Assembly: GCF_009914755.1 (NCBI RefSeq) | Contig: NC_060947.1 | From: the human T2T-CHM13v2.0 reference genome, Homo sapiens | DNA: 64,000 bases | Direction: 5' to 3' (one strand) | In this document: one piece after another, positions 1 through 19,216 of the stretch | How positions within the stretch are numbered: the first letter of the stretch is position 1 | How the letters are laid out: each line of letters opens with the position of its first letter | Notes under the pieces: model-generated | Databases searched by the model: none | Told to the model about the DNA's origin: nothing | The model's input: the letters and a program-made list of their open reading frames with translations, nothing else | Translations under genes and position numbers: made by a program

Positions 1-302
1 GTGAGATCTTGTTTCTCCAAAAAATCAAAAATTTAGCCAGCTGTGCTGGCTCATGCCTGTAATCCCGGTACTCTGGGAGGCTGAGGCAGAATCGTTTGAG
101 CCCAGGAGTTCGAGACCAACCTCAGCAACAAAGTGAGATCTTGTTTCTCCAAAAAAATCAAAAATTTAGCCAGCTGTGCTGGCTGATGCCTGTAATCCCG
201 GTACTCTGGGAGGCTGAGGCGGAATTGCTTGAGCCCAGGAGTTCAAGACCAGCCTCAGCAACAAAGTGAGATCTTGTTTCTCCAAAAAATAAAACATTTA
301 GT
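1..302 (+). repeat. Tandem ~133-bp repeat of an Alu-monomer-derived unit (continues upstream of the window)
   Basis: GTGAGATCTTGTTTCTCC recurs at 1, 133 and 266; the unit contains GCCTGTAATCCC..GAGCCCAGGAGTTC. Confidence 0.85.
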
Positions 303-600
303 CAGCTGTGGTGGCTCAAGCCTGTGATCCCAGCATTTTGGGAGGCCGAGGCGGGCGGATCACGAGGTCATGAGATCGAGACCATCCTGGCTAACACGGT
401 GAAACCCCGTCTCTACTAAAAATACAAAGAAAATTAGCCGGGCGTGGTGGCGGGCGCCTGTAGTCCCAGCTACTCAGGAGGCTGAGGCAGGAGAATGCCG
501 TGAGCCTGGGAGGCGGACCATGCAGTGAGTCGAGATCGCGCCACTGCCCTCCAGCCTGGGCCACAGAGCAAGACTCCGTCTCAAAAAAAAAAAAAAAAAA
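303..600 (+). mobile_element. AluY-like SINE
   Basis: GGATCACGAGGTCA..ACCATCCTGGCTAACACGGTG, both arms and an A-tail. Confidence 0.9.
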
Positions 601-892
601 CTGCTGCCCAAGCTGTGTTTGCACCACTGCCCTCCAGCCTGGGCAACAGAGCAAGACTCCGTCTCAAAAAAAAAAAAAAAATGCTGCCCAAGCTGTGTTT
701 GCACCACTGCCCTCCAGCCTGGGCAACAGAGCAAGACTCTGTCTCAAAAAAAAAAAAAATGCTGCCCAAGCTGTGTTTGCACCACTGCCCTCCAGCCTGG
801 GCAACAGAGCAAGACTCCGTCTCAAAAAAAAAAAAAAATGCTGCCCAAGCTGTGTTTGCACCACTGCCCTCCAGCCTGGGCAACAGAGCAAG
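541..892 (+). repeat. ~80-bp tandem repeat (about 4.4 copies) of Alu 3' end + poly-A + flank
   Basis: CCACTGCCCTCCAGCCTGGG starts at 541, 624, 704, 782 and 861. Confidence 0.92.
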
Positions 893-1632
893 CCTCAGCT
901 TTCTGCCATCTCCACAACCAAGAAAGCAATTCACACAGAAATCAGTGCATCGTGCAGTGACCTCTTCAGAAAACCAATGAGTTTTCCACCTGAGGAACTG
1001 TTTCTGAGCCCCATTCAGAAGAACACATCCCTGTAACTGCAGGGCAGATTTACTCACTGATGCCTGTTTAAATAAAGCTTCCAGCCTCTGCATGGGGTCT
1101 GTCTGGAAGCTCCTGTATCTGTCCCACATTCTTGGAATCACAATGCACCCTTGGGAGGAAGATATGTATTTAAAGGGAGTGGATGTTATGGTGAGAAAAT
1201 GCTGCCCATCCTTCTAGAAGACAAAAGCCACACAAAATACATCACAAGAACCAGTTTTTTTCAGAGAAGAACCTGCACAAAGAACCTGCTCCCCCCACAC
1301 CCCCACACACAGGTGAATTAACAGGATGTATGTTTTATCATAAAAGCACAGGTTTGTTTCCTATGCACTCTCTGAGGATTTGGCCATATGCAAAGATGTA
1401 CAAAAACCTTCTCTTTCCCCAGGGAACCGTAACCCGTCTGAAAAGATGCCCTTCTCAGAAGCGAGTTGAACGATTGTTGGAAAAGATAAAATACGACGTG
1501 CACACACAGAGTAGAGAAATGTCACCCATGCAAATTATGTGTTTGAATGGAACACATTCAGGAAGCTAAATGGGGTATGACCACACATTTGGGTTGATTT
1601 ATTTGACGAGTGGAAGGGGCAGATGGAAATGA

Positions 1633-2070
<438 letters not shown>

Positions 2071-2147
2071 TGAAGATAGACAGACTCAGTGTATGGGTTT
2101 TAGAGTTGTAATTTTATAAAAATAAGAAAAAGTCGACCTATCATTGA

Positions 2148-2415
<268 letters not shown>

Positions 2416-2493
2416 TAGCCAGGAAGGTCTCGATCTCCTGACCTCATGATCCGTCCGCCTCAGCCTCCCAAAGTGCTGGGACTACAGGCGTGA

Positions 2494-3150
<657 letters not shown>

Positions 3151-3473
3151 TGTTCTAGCTTCCTGTTCTCGTCTTTTCTTTGTTAATTGTACAGTTTGAG
3201 GGTGTGTGTGCGTGTGCGCACGTGTGTGTGTGCAGTCTCCTGATTTCATGTATTTAATTGTTATTACCACCACCTCCATCTCTCATTCCTTCTTACCCTC
3301 ACTGTGTAAAGATACATGTTGTTTTTAAATTTTATGTATTTATATTTATTTATTTGTATTTCTGAGACAGAGTCTCACTCTGTTGCCCAGGCTAGTGGCA
3401 TGATCTCAGCTCACAGCAACCTTTGCCTCCTGGGTTCAAGCGATTCTCCTGCCTCAGCCTCCCGAGTAGCTGA

Positions 3474-4116
<643 letters not shown>

Positions 4117-4904
4117 TAGGAAATCAGAAAGTGGGTAGTTTCCGCACTCTGAGGAGAAAAAGAGACGTCCGGCGAAGAGAAAGGAGAGTGAAAGGATGTC
4201 TCCTCTTGTCTGTAGCCTGTTCTCAATCGTGAGTGAGCCAATTGCCAGAAACTGAGGGTGCTTCATTTGGCCAGGCAAGCTTCTCAACAGAATGTCTAAG
4301 TACTTGTTAATGCTGAGAAGCTCTCCAAGCTACTGCACTCCAGCCTGGGTGACAGAGCACGACCTTGTCTGAAAACAATTAATTAATCAATTAATTAATA
4401 TAATGAAATCATACTGAACTCAGGAGACCATTGGGGTGGGCAGGGCTGGGGTTGGAAAGGAACATAAAATATGGTGCAATGGACTTTGCTCCAGTCTCCC
4501 TCCCCATCTCTTCTCGCCAAGAGTCTCTGGAGGGAGCATGGGGAAGATGCTTTGGGAATCTGTAACTTCTTGTCTTGTAAACAGAATATCTAAGTAATTG
4601 TTAATGCTGAGAAGTTATAGATTTCCAAAGCCTTTCTCCAGGCTACGGACAAGGGTCATGGGTTACTCAGTGTTACAGAAAGAATGACATGGAGATGTTT
4701 GTTACATCTTAAGGAACCATGAGGGGCCAGAGTATTTTACTCTAAGTGTAGATGGTACATTGGCCACGCCTGTCCCAACACCACCAATGGTGGCACCTAA
4801 CTTTTGTGTTTGTGCCCCACATTTCTTCTTCTTTTCTGACGTAAATGCAAGTGATATTCCTTGGAAACCATGCTGCAGCAAGAGGCCATCTGACTACTAG
4901 TGAT

Positions 4905-5097
4905 ACCCTGTAGCTCACCTACAGCAGCTCACTTGAAGCAGCTCACCCATAGCTCAGGTATAGCTCACCTGCAGCGGCTCACCTGTAGCTCACGTGTAGC
5001 TCACTTGTAGCAGCTCACTGGTAGCTCACCTGCAGCAGCTCACCTGTACCTCACCTGTACCTCACCTGCAGCAGCTCACCTGTAGCTCACCTGTACG
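4905..5097 (+). repeat. Minisatellite of 11-14-bp (GCA)GTAGCTCACCT variants
   Basis: AGCTCAC/CCTCAC core repeated about 16 times. Confidence 0.9.
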
Positions 5098-5117
5098 TGA
5101 GCCACCGTACCCGGCCA

Positions 5118-5932
<815 letters not shown>

Positions 5933-6284
5933 TCAGGCGTTTGGACGTTGAGGAACGTGAGGCTGAAGGTCGCCTTCGCCGACCCCCTGAGTTTAGGGTC
6001 CTGCCTTTTAAAATCTTCCCAGCACTCTGTTGTTCACGCAAGCGTCCCATCTGTTTGGGTGGCCGTGCCGTCTGCATCTGTCTCGAACCTTCACAGCTTT
6101 GCAGAATATCCTGTTTCTCAATACGGATGGAGAAACACGAGACGCGTTTTCTGGGTTATTTTAGCCGTCACGGAGAACCCCAGACTCATGTGTGCTAATG
6201 ACCTCATTAATGATACTCTGAGGCAGACAGCCCTGCCTGATCTTAACAACATTTTTTAAATTTCTTTTTTTGTTGTTGTTGTTA

Positions 6285-6470
6285 CAGCATCATTCATATA
6301 ACGTAGGAAACCGTGATCAGTAGCTTTTAGGATATTTGCAACAGGGTGTAACCATCTGTTAGACTCCAGAGCGTTTTTATCACGCTGAAAAGAAACCGCA
6401 AGCCCATTCCGCCATCAGTCTCAGGTTTCTCCATTTAGCCTGGGCAACCATTAACCTGCTTCCCATCTCT
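6285..6470 (-). mobile_element. Old L1M 3'-region fragment
   Basis: TTTTATCAC..AAAAGAAAC..CCTGGGCAACCATTAACCTGCTT resembles antisense L1MB/ME 3' UTR sequence. Confidence 0.5.
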
Positions 6471-6490
6471 CTACACCTCTCCTACTCTGA

Positions 6491-7297
6491 ATATGTATAT
6501 ATACGTGTGTATATATATGTGCATCTATGTGTGTGTGTACATGTAAATATATGTGTGTATATGTGTATATATGTGGGTATATATAGTGTGTATATATCTG
6601 TATATACGTGTGTATACATATGTGAATCTATGTGTGTGTGTACATGTAAATATATGTGTATATGTGTGTATATATAGTGTATATATGTGCATCTATGTGT
6701 GTGTGTACGTGTAAATATATGTGTATATGTATATATGTGTATATGTGTGTATATATAGTGTTTATATGTGCATCTATGTGTGTGTGTACGTGTAAATATA
6801 TGTGTATATGTATATATGTGTATATGTGTGTATATATAGTGTGTATATATATGTGCATATATGTGTGTGTACATGTAAATATATGTGTATATATGTATAT
6901 ATGCATATATATAGTGTATATATGTCTGCTTATATGTATATATGTGTGGACATATGTATATATTTGTGTGTATGTGTATATAGAGTGTATATATGTGTAT
7001 ATGTGTATATATGTGTATATATGTATATATATCAGTGTATGTATGTGTGTATATATGTATATATGTGTATATATGTATATATATCAGTGTATGTATGTGT
7101 GTATATATGTATATATGTGTATATATGTATATATATCAGTGTATATATGTGTATATATGTATATATGTGTATATATGTATATCTCTGTATATATGTATAT
7201 CTGTGTATATATGTGTGTATATATGTATATATAGTGTATATATGTGTGTATATATATGTACATATGTATATATATGCACATATGTATATATATGCAC
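6491..7297. repeat. Complex (TA/TG)n low-complexity tract, about 800 bp
   Basis: Almost pure alternating purine-pyrimidine sequence with an ~81-bp internal repeat (GTGCATCTATG at ~6687 and ~6768). Confidence 0.95.
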
Positions 7298-7759
7298 TTT
7301 TTTTTCCCATTCAGCCTATAAGTACGAGGCAGGCCATGTTCATTTATATTAAGAAATATGTAGACTGCCAAATGAGGCAATCATATTTCTGAAGCCAGCC
7401 AATGCAAACCCTCCTTCTTTCAGAAGGGACGTCTCCCCAGGCAAAAAGAAAAAAAAAAAAAAGTCAGCTTCGCAAGATCTCTTACCGTGAGCGGAAAATG
7501 CAGTTAAGTTAAGAGAGCCGGCCAGCCAGGCTCCCGATGGCGGTGTGACGGGTGGCGTGGACGACGCTGGGAGAACCACGGGGAAGATGGGTGATACGAT
7601 GCTCCTTCTAATTGACACCTCTAGGTCCAGGGCAAGTTAATGATGAGCTTGGACCGCGTTGCCACCGGTTCGAATGGCCTTTGCCAGTTTTCTCTGCACG
7701 GAGCAGCGTTCGGCTTCACATTTTTGCCTCTTAACTTCATCCACTTGGTCTGTTTCTGA

Positions 7760-9005
<1,246 letters not shown>

Positions 9006-9254
9006 GCTCATGGAGTTTTTAGTAAGAGCCCATGCTCACAGCCTGTCTTAAGGGAGACCTTCTCCAGATCCTGGGTGGTGCCGTTTCATGGACAACAAAT
9101 TCATTCTCAAAAAGCGTAGCCCCAGTGGAAGACCTTGGGTCCTTCCACTCGGAGTGTGTCAGTTCATCACCATAACCGTTTGTTGAGGTGTGTTCAAAAC
9201 ATCTATAGCCAAATTCCACAGGAGGAATGGGATGAGGACTCTAAGCTTCTGGAC

Positions 9255-10545
9255 TTGATGTAGAAACCGGGTCTTTGCAGATGTCTTTAAGGGAAGGATC
9301 TGAAATGAGGTCATCCTGGATTAGGGTGGGTCTTAAATCCAATAACAGGTGTCCTTGTAAGGGACAGAAGAGGACCATAAATCTAATGACTACGGTCCTC
9401 CTAAGAGATGGAAGAGGAGACATAGACACAGGCACAGACACAGAGGAGAAGGCCACGTGGAGACGGAGGCAGCGACTGGAGTGATCCGGCCACAAGCCCA
9501 GGGACGCCTGGAGCCCCCAGGAGCTGGGAGAGGCAGGAAGGATCCTCCCCTAGAGCCTCCAGAGGGAACTTCTTATGGTTGAAGTGGATTGAACTATGGT
9601 ACCCCCCAAAAATATGTTCATATTCTAACCCAAGAACCTGTGAAAGGAGGTAGAGACTGGAGTGATGGGGCCACAAGCCCAGGGATACCTGGAGCACCCA
9701 GAAGCTGGGAGAGGCAGGAAGGATCCTCCCCTAGAGCCTCCAGAAGGAACTGGATACAACTGAAGTGAAGTGAACCGTGGCCCCTCAAAAGACCTGTCCA
9801 TGTATTGATCATCTGGAATCTGTGAATGGGACATTATTTGGAAATACGGTCTCTGCAGATGTGATTAAGTGGAAGATCTGGAGATGAGATCATCCTAGAT
9901 TAGGGTGGACCATAAATCTAATGACAGGTGTCCTTCTAAGAGACAGAAGAGGAGACACAGACACAGAGGAGGAGGCCACGTGGAGACAGAGGCAGAGACT
10001 GGAGTGATGCAGCCACAAGCCCAGGGATGCCTGGAGCCCCCAGGAGCTGGGAGAGGCAGGAAGGATCCTCCCTTAGAGTCTCCAGAGGGAGCACAGCCCT
10101 GAGACTCCTTGACCTCAGACTCCTGGTCTCCAGGACTGGGAGAGGCAGGAAGGACCCTCCCTTAGAGCCTCTGGAGGGAGCATGGCCCTGAGACACGTTG
10201 ACCTCAGACTCCTGGTCTCCAGGACTGGGAGAGGCAGGAAGGACCCTCCCTTAGAGCCTCTGGAGGGAGCATGGCCCTGAGACACCTGGACCTCAGACTT
10301 CTGGTCTCTATGGCTGGGAGAGGCAGGAAGTCTCCTCCTCAAGAGCCTCTGGAGGGAGCATGGCCCTGAGACTCCTTGACCTCAGACTCCTGGTCTCCAG
10401 GCCTGGGAGAGGCAGGAAGGACCCTCCCTTAGAGCCTCTGGAGGGAACATGGTCCTGAGACTCCTTGACCTCAGACTCTTGGTCTCCAGGACTTGACGGG
10501 GATGAATTCCTGCGGCATGCATCGTCATTCCTGGTCCTTTGTTAC
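9255..10545 (+). mobile_element. Tandemly reiterated MLT1-type (MaLR) LTR sequence
   Basis: GGTCTTTGCAGATG..GAGATCATCCTGGATTAGGGTGG..CTAAATC..GGAAGGATCCTCCCCTAGAGCCTC, with the core occurring three times before the 89-bp array. Confidence 0.75.
10049..10493 (+). repeat. 89-bp minisatellite x5 derived from the MLT1 LTR
   Basis: GGGAGAGGCAGGAAG at 10049, 10138, 10227, 10316 and 10405. Confidence 0.93.
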
Positions 10546-11392
10546 GGCTGACTCAGGAATCTAAGAAACTGACCTGCGGGGTTTTGCCCATCAGGATGGT
10601 GGCTTCTCCGGCTGTGGATTTGTTGCTTTTCCATCTTCTCTGCGGCTGACACTCTTACGGGGAGTAATGGTGCAGAGAATTTCGGTTGCCTCCCAGAGCT
10701 GCAGCCGGAAGACGCAAGGACCAACGAAAACATTTGCATCGTGGCTCTCTGTGAGGAAGAGTCCTGCTGTGAAAGCATTTTTATTCCGAAAGAGGATCAT
10801 CTTTGGGAGCAGAACCATGGAAAAGTCTCTTTCGGCAGCCCACGGAATGATGGGCCGGCCACATTTTGGATACATCTCATGCTTCTTACTGTTTTCAAAT
10901 GGTTTTGGCTTGAATGGAATTCCAAGCCCATTTTTTTTTTCCTCTTTCCCAAGTACTTTTTGTTCTTGAGTCTTGCAATCCTATGAATTCCAAGGGAAGC
11001 TGAATGTCTATCTTTTTGATACGTGGACACTGTCATCCTGCAAACAAAACCGTAGACGTCTTTGGGGGGGTCGTGAACTTGGCAGTGAAGTTCGAAGGTC
11101 TCCAGTGCTTCTCACATCCGAAGTCAGAGCCCACATTTCTCCGTCAGTTTGTAACCCTGGCAAAAGAAGGTCTTCGGCTTGCTTGTTTTCCTGAAAAACA
11201 GGAAGTTTTATTTTGCCAAGAATGAATGGAATGGGAAGCCAAAGCGTTTGATATGCACAAGGGAAAATGCAGGATTTTTTTGTGTGCAAAGTTTACGTGG
11301 GGCTACACACCCTATTTCCTCTTTCCTCACAATGATGCCACGAAATTGATTTTATTCCCTGCGGCTACTACATTTACCGTTCAAGTGCTGAA

Positions 11393-12032
11393 TTCCTCCC
11401 CTCCCCTGCCCTCCCCACTCCCCTCCCCTGACCTCCCCCCTCCCCTCCCCTGCCCTCCCCATCCCCTCCCCCTCCCCCTCTACTCCCCCTCCTCCCATCC
11501 CATCTCCTTTCCCCCTCCCCCATCCCATCCCTCCCGTCCTCCCCTCCCCTCCCCTCTTCCCCTCCCCTCTCCTTCACCCCCTCACATCCCCTCCCCTCCC
11601 CTCCTACCCTCCCCTCCTCCCCTCTCCTTCCCCTTCCCCCCTCCCCTCCTCCCCTTCCCTCTGTTCCTCCCCTCCTCCCCTCCCCTCCTCCCCTCCCCTC
11701 CTCCCCTCCCCTCTCCTTTCCCACTCCCCCCTCCCATCCCCTCCTCCACTCCCCTCCTCCCCTACTCTCCTCCCCTCCTCCCGTCCCCTCCTCCCCTCCC
11801 CTCTTCTCTTCCCCTCCCCTCCCCTCCTCCCTCTCCTCCCCTTTCCCCCTCCCCCTTCCCATCCCCTCCCATCCTCCCCTCCCTCCCATCTTCCCCTCCC
11901 CTCCCCTCCTCTCTTCCCCTCCCCTCCCCTCCCCCACTTCTCACTCTCCTCCCCCCTCCCATCCCCTCCCCTCCTCTTCTCTTCTCTTCTTTTCTCTTCT
12001 TTTCTTTTTTTTCTTCTTCTTTTTTTTTTTTC
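11393..12032. repeat. C-rich polypyrimidine tract (CCCT/CCT variants) grading into a T-rich Alu tail
   Basis: About 600 bp that are nearly all C/T. Confidence 0.95.
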
Positions 12033-12468
<436 letters not shown>

Positions 12469-12474
12469 AATTAA

Positions 12475-12850
12475 TTTTTTACATTTTACTTTAACTTCTG
12501 AGATACATGTGCTAATTAATTAATTTTTTAAATTTTACTTTAAAAAAGTCATACTTTACTTAAGTAAAAGTAAGTAAATGTGTGTTAACTAAACACATTC
12601 TGGGGTACATGTGCACAAAGCGCAGGTTAGTTACATATGTATACATGTGCCATGGTGGTTTGCTGCTCCTATCAACCCATTATCTAAGTTTTAAGCCCCA
12701 CATGCACTAGGTATTTGTCCTAATGCTCTCCATCCTCTTGCCTTCTATCCCCCCACAGGCCCTGGTGTGTGATGTTCCCCTCCCTGTGTCCATGTGTTCT
12801 CACTGTTCAACTCCCACTTACGAGTGAGAACATGCAGTGTTTGGTTTTCT
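12475..12850 (-). mobile_element. L1PA 3'-end fragment
   Basis: GTACATGTGCAC..GTTACATATGTATACATGTGCCATG..GTGAGAACATGCAGTGTTTGGTTTTCTG. Confidence 0.88.
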
Positions 12851-14150
<1,300 letters not shown>

Positions 14151-14750
14151 ACTTTAGAAACAAATCCCTGTCCGTGTTTGTCTTTTCACCTGTCCTGCAG
14201 GGAAAACAAAACATAAAATGTCAAGGCAAATAGTAGTGATTTCATTCCGGGAAAAAGAAAGTGGATGTTTGCCTTCACCCTTTCTCGTCCTTCCTCTGGT
14301 GCTCCTCAGGCCCAGGGAGAGGGTGGAAAGTCAGAGGAAGAAAGACGGGGCTGGGGGGGGGGGGGTCCGTGGGGACCCAGGCAGGCATGTTCCCATTTCC
14401 TGTCTTCACTTCAAAGAGGGGCCCCTCGCTCTGGAATGAGGCCTACGGTTTCCTTTCCCGAAGAGTTCCCCTTTGTGAGCTTACGGCTTCGGAGTGAACC
14501 TCGGTGCAACCTGTTATTAAAACACACAGAGGCTAATGCCAGCAAAAACACGCCCCCCGCTCCTGGTTTCAGAGGGAAGAAAAAAATTCATAAGCACGGC
14601 CATGCTTTTCTAATAAAAATTCATTAAATAATCGTTATAAGGGATGAAGCCGGGAGGGGAGAGGAGAGGAACACAATCAAGAGACTTTCTTTGAACTTTT
14701 TCTCCCTGCTTCAAATACAAAGCAATCTTCTGTGGGCCTGGGCCTGGGGG

Positions 14751-15503
<753 letters not shown>

Positions 15504-16344
15504 TCTAACTCTTTACCAGACATAAAGTCTCCTTCCCCTTTCTAAATGTATATATTGTGTTTTTAAAAGTTAACAGCAGGGATCCCACCTCATTCCCCGC
15601 TCTCTCCCCAAGACCTGTCCTGCACGTTGCACACAGCAGGTGTGCCCTGGACATATCCCAAACCCACGCTGAAAGAAAGAGGGTCTCACTACACGTATGA
15701 CATCTGTGATCCTTTAAACATCTCCGTGGCTTCCAGGCAACACAGCCATAAATAGGAATCTCATGTCTGACATGATACCGGGACCATGTATGGGAAATTC
15801 TGGGTGTGAAGTTCCAGCTACCCCCGCAGAGGCACCATTGCATACCCTCCAGAAACTCCCCTGCCGTTCAAGCCAAAGACACAACACAAACAGCTCCGAG
15901 AGAGGGTGTCATTGAAAATCAATACCATCATAAGAGCACACAGCACCGTCTTTCTCTTCTGCCCGTTGATACACAATTATGAGCAATTTGCTAACACTGA
16001 CAACTCGTGGCAAGAACAGGTCGTGTTGATACGGTTGCCTCGTGAGGACCCATCTGTCTTCTGGGGTCTTGCCTGGAACGGAGATCGGAGTTCAGGGTGG
16101 CTAATAGAATCATTACTCACCTAGGGACACAGAATATGAGGGTTACCCCCAGTTAAGTGCATACAGTCAAACGGACGGCTGCTCTGGAAGGTACAGTGAC
16201 GTGAACAGCTTTTATGAAATGCCTAGATCTGGACCTTCCATACCTGAGCCACCGTTCCAAAGCACTGGGCGTTTTTCAGATACTTTCATGAGAAATGTTG
16301 TCAACACCGCAAGTTTGCAGTACACAGTCTGAAAGATATTCTTG

Positions 16345-16482
16345 TATATGTAGATGTCTGTAGATGCCCTGAAGGTGTGTAGACTTTAGACACCCAGAAG
16401 GTGTGTAGATGTCTGTAGACACCTTCTATGTGTGTAGATGTCTGTAGACGCCCTGCAGGTGTGTAGATATATCTAGATGGTC
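16345..16482 (+). repeat. Short degenerate minisatellite (GTGTGTAGATGTCTGTAGACACCC, about 27 bp)
   Basis: About five degenerate copies. Confidence 0.8.
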
Positions 16483-16813
16483 TGCCTGTGTATGATACAG
16501 GCTAAAAAGACATTTGTGGTGGACACTAGTTGATTATTTAGGACTATGAGATGGGAAAGGAAGAGCAACCAGCAGTGAAAGGCATGTGGTGGGTGGGGGG
16601 TTGGCATTGCAGTGGGGTCCTCTGAGCAGGTGACACCCACTATAGGGCTGCCCTTGGATGGACGCTTTGTGAAGCTGTTTGATTTCACCACACCAAGCCT
16701 GGAGGCACGGACATTCCAGGATGGTGAGGAGTCTGCAAAGGAGGAGATTGGAGGAGGTGCAATATCCCTAGAGTACGAGAGATGAGATAGGAGAGCTGTA
16801 TAAATAGCACTAC

Positions 16814-17703
<890 letters not shown>

Positions 17704-17799
17704 CTAGAGGGCTCCTCGTTGCAGTGTTGGAGTAAGGGTAAAAAATCAGATCCCAGTGAATAAAGGAGCCAGCTGGGGAAGGATCGCAAGTCACCGTCA

Positions 17800-17945
17800 T
17801 TGAATTAGGGCCCACCCTCCTCCAGTACAACCTCATCTCAACCTCATTACATCTGCAAACACCCTATTTCTCAATAACACCCCATTCACAGGTAGTAAGG
17901 GTCCGCAGACATATCTCTTGGGGGGATAAAAAATTAACCCACTAC
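17800..17945 (-). mobile_element. MLT1-type LTR fragment
   Basis: TTAGGGCCCACCCT..ACCTCATCT..ATTACATCTGCAAACACCCTATTTC. Confidence 0.65.
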
Positions 17946-18154
17946 CTGCTCTTAGACTATAGTACAGAGGAGACCATCCCTCTCCCAAGAACAGATCACA
18001 GGACAGATCTGGTCATAAGTGGCACGTCTTTCCCTTTTTGCCATGGCTGCCGGGAAGCCCAGAGCTGAGGTCACCCCTCCACGAAAGTCATTCTCTGAAT
18101 GGACCTGCCTCAGTCTTGACCTCTGCTCCTATGGTAGTTAATGATTTCATTTTG

Positions 18155-18900
18155 TGTGTTTTTTTTTTTGTTTTGTCTTGTTTTGTTTTTTGAGATAGAC
18201 TTTAGCTCTGTTCCCCCTGCTGGAGTGCAATGACGCGATCTCACCTCTGTTACCCAGGCTGGAGTGCAGTGGCACCATCTTGGCTCACGACAACCTCCGC
18301 CTCCCAGGTTGAAGTGATTCTCCTGCCTCAGCCTCCCGAGTAGCTGGGATTACAGGTACCTGTCACCACAGCTGGCTAATTTTTTAATTTTTTATTTTTA
18401 GTATAGATGGGGTTTTGTCATGTTGGCCAGGCTTGTCTCGAACCCCTGACCTCAGGTGATCACCTTTTGCCTCGGCCTCCCAAAGTGCTGAGATGACAGA
18501 CGTGAGCCACTGGGCCCTGCAATTTTATGTGTTTTGTTGTAAGCCTTCTCAGGATTTTGGAAAGATGATGATGAATGAATCAAGGAATGAAAGTTTAAAA
18601 GGTAGAAACAAAAAGAAAGTAAAGGCCAGGCATGCTGGCTCATGCCTGTCATCCCAGCACGTTGGGAGGCCAAGGCAGGAGGATCACTGGAGGCCAGAAT
18701 TTAAACAGCAGCCTGGGCAACATAGCGACACCACGTCTTTACAAAGGCACAAAAATATTAGCCTGGCACGGTGCATGCATCTGTGGTCCCAGCTACTCAG
18801 AAGGCTGAGGTGGGAGGAGGGCGTGAGCCAGGGAGTCGGAGGTTGCTGTGAGCTCTGATGGCACCGGTGCACTCTAGCCTGAGTCACAGAGCAAGAGCCT
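18155..18900. mobile_element. Antisense Alu (18155-18517) and sense AluJ (18624-18900)
   Basis: Alu motifs. Confidence 0.85.
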
Positions 18901-18907
18901 AGTTCTT

Positions 18908-19216
18908 TAAAAAGAAAAAGAAAGAGGAAATGAAAGAGAAAGAAAGTAAAAACAAAAAGAGAAAGAAAGAAAGAAAAAAGAGAAAGAGAAAGAAAAAAAT
19001 AAGAAGGAAGGAGTAAGGAAGGAAAAAAGAAAAAGAAAGCAAGAAAGGAACGGAGAGAGAGAGAAAGGAAAGAAAGAAAGAAAGGGAGGGAGGGAATGAA
19101 GGGAGGAAGAAAGAAAGAAAGACAAGAAAGAAAGAAGAAAAACAAAGAAAAAGAAAGAAGGAGAAAGAAAGGAAGGAAGGAGGAAGGAAGGAAGGAAGAA
19201 AGGAAGGAAGGAAGGG
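18908..19216. repeat. GA-rich (GAAA/GGAA) tail expansion
   Basis: Near-pure polypurine run following an Alu. Confidence 0.92.

Noticed and set aside
541-892. Regularly spaced repeats resembling a CRISPR array (also 10049-10493 and 58550-59055)
   Set aside because: The units are tandem with no unique spacers, derive from eukaryotic repeats, and have no cas genes nearby.
4384-4393. TAATCAATTA palindromic homeodomain site
   Set aside because: It sits in a decayed Alu A/T tail, where such words arise by chance.
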